From: Thermoplasmatales archaeon
GTDB taxonomy: Archaea; Thermoplasmatota; E2; UBA202; JdFR-43
Assembly (NCBI GenBank): GCA_014361195.1
Contig: JACIWA010000003.1
Coordinates: forward strand, 131,894 to 195,893
Direction: 5' to 3'
Length of the DNA: 64,000 nucleotides
Shown: piece after piece, positions 58,501 through 64,000 of the stretch
Layout of the letters: each line of letters starts with the position of its first letter
How positions within the stretch are numbered: the first letter of the stretch is position 1
Program-made: the position numbers and the translations under genes
The notes under the pieces: generated by a model
Seen by the model: only the letters and a program-made list of their open reading frames with translations
Databases searched by the model: none
Told to the model about the DNA's origin: nothing

Positions 58501-60182
58501 CTGTCTCAGAAATTTATAAAATTTATGTAGAAAACTCAAAAATTTCAATCTTTAACAGTTCAATTAAGAATTTAGACGCTAAGGAATGCAACTCTTATAT
58601 TGAGAGATGTAACTTATCAGGAAATCTGAGCTTATATAATGGAAAAATTGAATTGAACAATAGCATTTTTTACAAAAATGAAAATATATTGTTTAACTTT
58701 TCATATGTTTCAATAAGAAATTCAATATTTAATTGGAACAATATATCTAAATTCACAGGTGCAAATGGGTCTTTGAGAGATAGTATTATAGCAAACAATA
58801 GCATTGGGCTATTGGTCGAGAACTCAACTCTTTCATTAACTAACATAACTGGTTATAAAAATGGTATAGGAATTTACTTGAATTCTTCATACTGCGAGAT
58901 TTATTACGGGAATTTCTCTGAAAATAATATATCAATTTTTGTAGATGGATGGAACAATACAATTGAAAAAATATTGATTCATCATAATAAGAAAGGCATT
59001 TTGTTATATGGAAATAATAATACGGTAAAAAATTGCTCATTCTGGAGAAATGAAATTGGAATTGAAGCATATGGAAGCAACAAAATCTATTCAAATAATT
59101 TTGTTTATAATTGGAAAAATGCAATTGAGAAAGGAAATAATAGCTGGAATTTAACCTATCCTGTTGGAGGAAATTATTGGCATGATTATCTAGGCAAGGA
59201 TTTTATGAAGGGTGAGAAGCAGAATATAAGTGGAAAAGATGAAATTGGCGATACTCCGTATCAAATAAATGGGAGCTATGATTTCTATCCTCTTATAGAA
59301 AAATGTAATACCGCTGCTTTAATCCCGAATGAAAAACCAATTGCAAAATTTTATTTCTATCCATCATTTCCTTCTTCATTCGAAAACATAATGTTCTTTG
59401 ATTCTTCCTATGATGAAAATGGGGAAGATGACATAATTTCATGGACATGGGATTTTGGAAACGGAATTAGAAGCAATGAAAGAAATCCAATTCACAACTA
59501 TACTGTTCCTGGAAATTATACTATAACTTTAACAGTTAAGGATAAAAGCAATGAAACAGGAGCATTCTCTATAAATATTTCAATAAAAAATACTCCACCA
59601 TATGCAGACTTTTCATTCAAAGAGAATCCAAAATCATATGAAATTGTTGAATTTAATGCAAGCAATAGCTATGATTTAGATGGATATATAGTAAATTATA
59701 CATGGGACTTTGGAGATGGAAGCAATGGATATGGAAATATTTCCTATCACAAATATATAAAGCCAGGGATTTATAAAGTTAAATTGGTTATTATTGATAA
59801 CAACGGGAGCAAAAAAGAAAAGGAAAAGGAGATAGAAATAATTAATAGAGAACCAAGTGCTGATTTTATATACTCGCCCGAAAAAGCAAGTCCTGGAGAA
59901 GAGATGGAATTCACCGATCTATCAACTGATATGGACGGAGAAATAATTTCATACATTTGGAATTTTGGAGATGGAACCTTTTCATACGAAAAAAATCCAA
60001 CTCATGCATATGAAAAGCCAGGAGAATATGAAGTAACATTGATTGTAAAGGATGATTATGGAGCGATTGCGAGCATTAAAAAAACAATAACGGTGAAGAA
60101 AAAAGAAATCCCATCCTTCGAACTTATCATATTTGTGTTTGCACTGATAATCTTAATTTCAAGAAGAAAAATCTGCTTTTAA
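55518..60182 (+). CDS. Large surface glycoprotein: PKD repeats, NosD-like beta-helix, PKD repeats, C-terminal sorting signal
   Basis: Seven W(D/N)FG PKD motifs, long N/G/I-rich beta-helix with GGNYWHDY, many NxS/T sites, C-terminal IPSF-TM-RRK. Confidence 0.88.
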   Translation: MGKKIKATGILVLLSLVIFINNAYDVYSGSMDELIVDFYFEPETPLTFQTVYFWDNSTYNQNYAVNFSWDFGDGNISYEKNPQHVYSIPGKYNVTHGITLYNNSGIINTSMVVKQINVLNRPPVAKFYWNAYGNNFTFRGNFDYDQSYDLDGYIANYTWDFGDGSIGYGAVVTHTYILTGRCNVTLTVRDNNGSINSIRREINISNKMPFANFSYEPANPTSLDNITFNSTSYDQDGYITNWIWDFGGGKIFFNSTVTYRYDDNGIYSVYLFVIDNEGAFNYTLKNVIVYNIPPFANFTWEPFYPIPNKNITFNASNSYDLDGYIANYTWDFGDGSTGYGIIVEHSYNSSGIYNVTLTVVDDDNENATQRYSILVADFYVDKNVYDPANHTWNRISDALNNASDGAFIYVREGIYEEDVNVSKEVFIEGINATVYGNVSLLKNITFCKMGTKGSSFSAGENCSIYNCTIEADKIKLNRKNILFYNEIKGEIELLDWNNLTYNSIGGGVSVKGNENEFYENKVYNAFYGFNLSGEFNKVVKNEISGCIYGIYLWKFNEIVSNDIGFSGFGIYINTDNILIGYNKIAYSYFGIYSANSENVTLLDLILLNNTNSIYSKNIFAENVKIENGKNGIIANGKVINSSIKGLENGIIASNVLIENCSIEKCKNGLNISNSEIVYTNLEENYIGAYIDNTSVINCSFSKNIYAIKAGDGNSISNSTLSNNSFAIICDGINNSIFKSNIYRNGGGIYIKNSFNSVYENIVKENEYGLRIFTSPYNTIDKNSFEDNKYNFDMEGSEINHFYQKIENNTANSLSFLYLLNESNVALNGSYGYIALIGCKNISLNNFSNSHAGELLLAGCWDVRFKGGVVRENIEGIYVFKSRNLSFEGIEIRNNVRGLSTKSSYGLAIYNCSFEGNEKGINLFNIGREFSEVRMAMVNFYNNSYGFSIENADGINVSGVNASMNGLDGAIYNGNVYISYSKISSLSFKESEINISVSEIYKIYVENSKISIFNSSIKNLDAKECNSYIERCNLSGNLSLYNGKIELNNSIFYKNENILFNFSYVSIRNSIFNWNNISKFTGANGSLRDSIIANNSIGLLVENSTLSLTNITGYKNGIGIYLNSSYCEIYYGNFSENNISIFVDGWNNTIEKILIHHNKKGILLYGNNNTVKNCSFWRNEIGIEAYGSNKIYSNNFVYNWKNAIEKGNNSWNLTYPVGGNYWHDYLGKDFMKGEKQNISGKDEIGDTPYQINGSYDFYPLIEKCNTAALIPNEKPIAKFYFYPSFPSSFENIMFFDSSYDENGEDDIISWTWDFGNGIRSNERNPIHNYTVPGNYTITLTVKDKSNETGAFSINISIKNTPPYADFSFKENPKSYEIVEFNASNSYDLDGYIVNYTWDFGDGSNGYGNISYHKYIKPGIYKVKLVIIDNNGSKKEKEKEIEIINREPSADFIYSPEKASPGEEMEFTDLSTDMDGEIISYIWNFGDGTFSYEKNPTHAYEKPGEYEVTLIVKDDYGAIASIKKTITVKKKEIPSFELIIFVFALIILISRRKICF
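56448..56605 (+). repeat. 158-bp PKD DNA cassette, copy C (shorter copies at 55956-56023 and 59651-59734)
   Basis: Near-identical to 51635-51792. Confidence 0.9.
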
Positions 60183-60203
60183 AAACATAATTTAAAAATT
60201 TTA

Positions 60204-60276
60204 TGGGCCCGCCCGGATTTGAACCGGAGTCTCTGGCTCCCAAGGCCAAAAGGATACCAGGCTACCCCACGGGCCC
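60204..60276 (-). tRNA. tRNA-Pro(UGG)
   Basis: GGGCCCG acceptor, TTGGC-CT-TGG-GA-GCCAG anticodon arm, GGTTCAAATCC T-arm. Confidence 0.95.
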
Positions 60277-60318
60277 TAAAAATCGTAAAGTAAAAAAGGA
60301 TATAAAACTTTTCCATTC

Positions 60319-60972
60319 ATGAAAAAAATTATTGCTAATCTGATTTTAGTATTTACATTGTTTGTTATATACTCATCTGTAGCAATCAGTTTCTTCATTG
60401 ATTTTGAAGCAGAGATTTCCTCCCAATCTCTAATGTTTGCTCTTATATTCAATTTCCTGATAATTTTTATTCCTTCCATATTATTTGCTTACCTTTATTA
60501 TGGTGAGATATGGAATAGTCTTTATTTTAGAAAAGAGGGTGCTGTAAAATCAATATTATATGGCTTTCTATCAACAATAATTTTTCTCTTTCTGCAAGGA
60601 GCTTTTCTAACAATTATAGGATATGAAGAAAGCAATCCTTTAGCAGAGAAAATTGTTGAAATTGTAAAAAGAAATTCATTTCTCTTATTTCTAATACCAA
60701 TAATCTCTTCAATAAGTGAGGAAACTTTTTATAGAGGGGTTATTCAAAATTTGCTACAAAAAAAGATGGGCATATATTCAATTTTTTTAACTTCTTTAAT
60801 TTTTGCAATTGCGCATATAGAGTACAAAACAATTTTCCAAATTTTGATGCCCTTCCTTTTTGCCCTTCTTTTGGGTTTTTTAATGTACAAATTTAAAAAC
60901 ATTTTTGCACCGATATCCGCACATTTCTTCTATAATTTTTTAAGCTTGCTTGTTAGTGTTTTTTATGGATGA
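60319..60972 (+). CDS. CPBP (CAAX/Abi) intramembrane metalloprotease
   Basis: EETFYRG, FAIAH, AHFFYN. Confidence 0.9.
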   Translation: MKKIIANLILVFTLFVIYSSVAISFFIDFEAEISSQSLMFALIFNFLIIFIPSILFAYLYYGEIWNSLYFRKEGAVKSILYGFLSTIIFLFLQGAFLTIIGYEESNPLAEKIVEIVKRNSFLLFLIPIISSISEETFYRGVIQNLLQKKMGIYSIFLTSLIFAIAHIEYKTIFQILMPFLFALLLGFLMYKFKNIFAPISAHFFYNFLSLLVSVFYG

Positions 60973-61014
60973 AGATATTTCATTAACTTTATTTACACAA
61001 AAATAATTAAATAT

Positions 61015-62154
61015 GTGCATCCGAGCGAAAGAATAAAGGGAGAAAAGAGCAAAAAATTATGGAATAAAAAAATTATTTTTGGGATTACAGGCGGAATTGC
61101 AGCGGTTGAATGCGTGAAGATTGCCAGGGAGCTAATAAGACACGGGGCGGATGTTTATCCAGTGATGACAAAAGATGCGTGTAATATACTGCATCCGCAA
61201 GCAATGAAATTTGCAACAGGAAATGATGTCATAATTGAGTTGACGGGCAATGTAGAGCATGTTTCCTATGAGGCGGATTTGTTGCTAATTGCGCCTTGTA
61301 CAGCAAATACGATTTCTAAAATTGCGAATGGAATTGCGGATAATGCCCTCACTACTTTTGCTCTTGCATTTGAAAATAAAATTATAATTGCTCCTTCAAT
61401 GCACGAAAAAATGTTTAAAAATAAATTTCTTGAAGAAAATATTAAAAAATGCAATGAAAAGGGAATTAAATTTATTCCTCCAAAAATTGAGGAAGGAAAA
61501 GCAAAAATGGCAAGCAATGAAGAAATAATTGAAGCGGTTATAAGGGAATTGAGAGGAAAAGATAAAGAAGGTAAAAAAGTGCTAGTTATAGGTGGCCCAA
61601 CATCAGAGCCAATAGATGATGTGAGAGTTTTAACAAATATTTCCTCCGGAAAAATGGCAAGAGCAATAGCAATAGAGGTATATGAAAGAGGGGCGGATGT
61701 TGAAACATGGTTTAGTAGTATAGAAAGCTTTTCATTTATTCCGAACAGGAGTTTTTCTGCAATAAAGGATCTAATCAATTTAATTAAGAAAGCAAAAAAA
61801 TATGATGCAGTAATAAATTGTGCTGCAATTTCAGATTTTATAGTAAAGAAAAGAAAGGGAAAAATAGAGAGCAAAGAAAAAGTAGTTGTTTGCCTTGAGC
61901 CATCTCCAAGAATAAATCCAATGCTCAAGAAAATAGGAAAGATTGTTATTGGCTTTAAACTAGAAGAAAAAAATGTTTTTGAAAGAGCATATAAAAGAAT
62001 GAGGGGAGATGGAATAGATTATATGATAGGGAATAAGATAGATAGTATAGGAAAAGATTACACACAGATATGGATAATAGGGAAAGAAGGATTAATTAAA
62101 AAAGTTAAAGGTAGAAAAGAGGAAGTTGCAAAAAATATAGTTGATTTAATATGA
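61015..62154 (+). CDS. coaBC: Bifunctional phosphopantothenoylcysteine decarboxylase/ligase
   Basis: GITGGIAA, APCTANT, APSMH, GPTSEPIDDVR, SSGKM, AAISDF. Confidence 0.94.
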   Translation: MHPSERIKGEKSKKLWNKKIIFGITGGIAAVECVKIARELIRHGADVYPVMTKDACNILHPQAMKFATGNDVIIELTGNVEHVSYEADLLLIAPCTANTISKIANGIADNALTTFALAFENKIIIAPSMHEKMFKNKFLEENIKKCNEKGIKFIPPKIEEGKAKMASNEEIIEAVIRELRGKDKEGKKVLVIGGPTSEPIDDVRVLTNISSGKMARAIAIEVYERGADVETWFSSIESFSFIPNRSFSAIKDLINLIKKAKKYDAVINCAAISDFIVKKRKGKIESKEKVVVCLEPSPRINPMLKKIGKIVIGFKLEEKNVFERAYKRMRGDGIDYMIGNKIDSIGKDYTQIWIIGKEGLIKKVKGRKEEVAKNIVDLI

Positions 62155-62990
62155 AGGTTATTTCCTTTGCTCCATCACACATAACCGGCTTTTTTGAAAT
62201 ATTTTTAAAGGAGAGTAGCGAAAAAAGCGGCTCCAGAGGAGCGGGATTGTGCATTTCCCTGGGAAGTTATGCAATTGCAGAAAAAATTTCTGGAAAAAAA
62301 ATGGTAGCGGAAGGGAATATTGGAAAGGGTGAGGTTACAAAACTCGCTATCAAAAGAATTGCTAGTGGTGTAAAAGTGAAAATAAAAAATCAATTGCCTT
62401 TCTCTCAGGGTTTTGGTATAAGCGCAAGCTCTTCTCTTTCCTCCTGCCTGGCGGTGGCGGAATTGCTTGGAATTGATAGATCAGAGGCAATAAGGGCGGC
62501 ACATTATGCGGAGTTAAAAAGTGGCACAGGCCTTGGGGATGTTGTGACATCAGCGAGAGGAGGGATGGAAATTAGGTTAAGGGAAGGAATTGGAGGAGAG
62601 ATTAAAAAAATTGAATTGAACGAGAAAATAATTGTTGGGATAGTTGGAAAAAAAATTCATACAAAAAGCATATTGGAAGATGAGAAAAAGAGGGAAATTA
62701 TAAATGACATCGGGAAAGATTGCTTGAAGAAGTTTTTGAGGAAACCAGATATTGAGAATTTTTTTGATCTATCTCTTTATTTTGCGGAGAATAGCGGGCT
62801 TATGAGCGAGAAGGTAAAGAAAGTTTTAAAACATCTCAATAAAATAGGAAAAGCATCAATGTGTATGATAGGCAACTCTGTTTTTGCAATCTATAATAAA
62901 GAGATTGAAAAATATCTATCAAGATATGAAAGTTATGTTTGCAACATAGATAATTATGGAGCAAGAGTTTTAGCAACCTTTTTCCCTTAA
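62151..62990 (+). CDS. Pantoate kinase (GHMP family)
   Basis: FAPSHITGFF, GSRGAG, PFSQGFGISAS, AHYAE..GTGLGDV; coupled to coaBC. Confidence 0.9.
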   Translation: MKVISFAPSHITGFFEIFLKESSEKSGSRGAGLCISLGSYAIAEKISGKKMVAEGNIGKGEVTKLAIKRIASGVKVKIKNQLPFSQGFGISASSSLSSCLAVAELLGIDRSEAIRAAHYAELKSGTGLGDVVTSARGGMEIRLREGIGGEIKKIELNEKIIVGIVGKKIHTKSILEDEKKREIINDIGKDCLKKFLRKPDIENFFDLSLYFAENSGLMSEKVKKVLKHLNKIGKASMCMIGNSVFAIYNKEIEKYLSRYESYVCNIDNYGARVLATFFP

Positions 62991-63080
62991 ATGCTTTCTG
63001 AAACAATCTTTATGCCAGTATTTTCCATCCTTAAAAATTTCATCTTTTTCTATTTCTTTTTTGCAATAATGGCATTCCAT
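62970..63080 (-). CDS. 36-aa zinc-finger microprotein (half-LIM-like)
   Basis: Manual ORF MECHYCKKEIEKDEIFKDGKYWHKDCFRKHLREKGC; TTTATATA box about 20-28 bp upstream. Confidence 0.62.
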   Translation of the reverse strand: MECHYCKKEIEKDEIFKDGKYWHKDCFRKHLREKGC

Positions 63081-63108
63081 AATTAAGAAATTTTTAAGTT
63101 TATATAAA

Positions 63109-64000
63109 TTAAACTACTTCTCTTGTTATAACCGCAATACCTCTCTCAAAATCAGTCATTTCTTCTCTATTAAGAACACATTGTCCAACCGCAATAAGTT
63201 CGTCATTTTCACTCACTATCAATGCTTCATCATATGGTCTTAACTCCTTACAAGCATCCAGAACAAATTTTGCAAAAACATTTTTACCTTCCTTTACAAA
63301 TGATATTGCTTCTTTTCCAATATAAACCCGCATTTTTGGTGGTTTAAAATATTTGTGCAATATTTTTGCTCCTTCCTTCTTAAGGGTGAAGAAGCCATCT
63401 GTTGCCCTCATTGAAACTAAATGTTTTCCATCGCAAATAACATTTCTTATTTTTCCTGTCTTTTTGGATTTAATTAATTCTATTTTTCCTTTAAAAAGTG
63501 CGTTTCCCGCTCCTTTTCCAAATTGATAGTCCGCGATCGCTCTTATTTTCCTTAAATCAAAATTTTTGCTATTTTTACCAAATTCCTCATATCCCGCATA
63601 CTCTAATTTTTTGAATTTTCTCCATATCTTTGAGCTTTCTTTCCTTGTTTCATCATCCAAAATTTCTGGAAAAACTGACTGGGCAACTGGATAAATTTCA
63701 TCAAGCTCAATTGGAATTAAACCAAATGGAGAATCTATAAAAACATTTCCCTCAATTTTTTTCAGCCATTCATTCTTACTGGTATATGGCTTTTGCATTT
63801 CATCAAATATTATACTTTTTTCAAAAAATGGCTCATATCTTTCAATAATTCTCTTCTGCAATCTATAAACTATGGGGCGATGTATGGAATATTTACCACT
63901 ATAAATAAATGCTTTGTCTTTTGATATGTTTTCATATTTTTCAAGCCATCTCTTATTATTCTTTATTATTTCCATTGCTTCCATTAGGTTAGGATGACAA
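63109..64000 (-). CDS. tgtA: Archaeosine tRNA-guanine(15) transglycosylase, C-terminal part with PUA domain (5' end outside the window)
   Basis: PFGLIPIELDEIYPVAQS, IADYQFGKG, SKKTGKIR, GKNVFAKFV PUA domain. Confidence 0.85.
   Translation of the reverse strand, partial: CHPNLMEAMEIIKNNKRWLEKYENISKDKAFIYSGKYSIHRPIVYRLQKRIIERYEPFFEKSIIFDEMQKPYTSKNEWLKKIEGNVFIDSPFGLIPIELDEIYPVAQSVFPEILDDETRKESSKIWRKFKKLEYAGYEEFGKNSKNFDLRKIRAIADYQFGKGAGNALFKGKIELIKSKKTGKIRNVICDGKHLVSMRATDGFFTLKKEGAKILHKYFKPPKMRVYIGKEAISFVKEGKNVFAKFVLDACKELRPYDEALIVSENDELIAVGQCVLNREEMTDFERGIAVITREVV

Noticed and set aside
61266..61928. 220-aa antisense ORF and similar shadow ORFs (e.g. 4413-4847, 13946-14383, 39551-39928)
   Set aside because: They lie opposite well-supported genes and have the Ser/Phe/Ile-rich composition expected from antisense reading
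1..64000. CRISPR array or cas genes
   Set aside because: No regularly spaced repeats with unique spacers and no Cas motifs were seen

Overview
AT-rich archaeal chromosome segment. The gene set (aEF-1alpha/rps10, aEF-1beta, psmB-aCPSF1, endA, fen, archaeal purS/L/Q/E, PoK, arcTGT) and the many PKD-repeat surface proteins suggest Thermoplasmatota; this taxonomy is inference. Most of the window is densely packed housekeeping genes plus tRNA-Ser(UGA) and tRNA-Pro(UGG). Accessory or unusual elements: (1) a minus-strand cluster of seven class III signal-peptide (type IV pilin-like) genes, divergent from feoAB across a 17-bp-phased DtxR-like operator array; (2) an OPT transporter coupled to a stand-alone PqqD/RRE-like gene; (3) a candidate structured small RNA with its own TATA box and terminator at about 26.2 kb; (4) a tRNA-Ser-adjacent defence islet carrying a type III R-M system, a divergent ASCH-like gene and an MBL-nuclease remnant; (5) two deleted copies of an IS481-like element; (6) a near-identical PKD DNA cassette shared between two surface-protein genes; (7) several microproteins missing from the ORF track, including a half-LIM-like zinc finger. 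All family calls come from motif recognition by eye, not from database searches.
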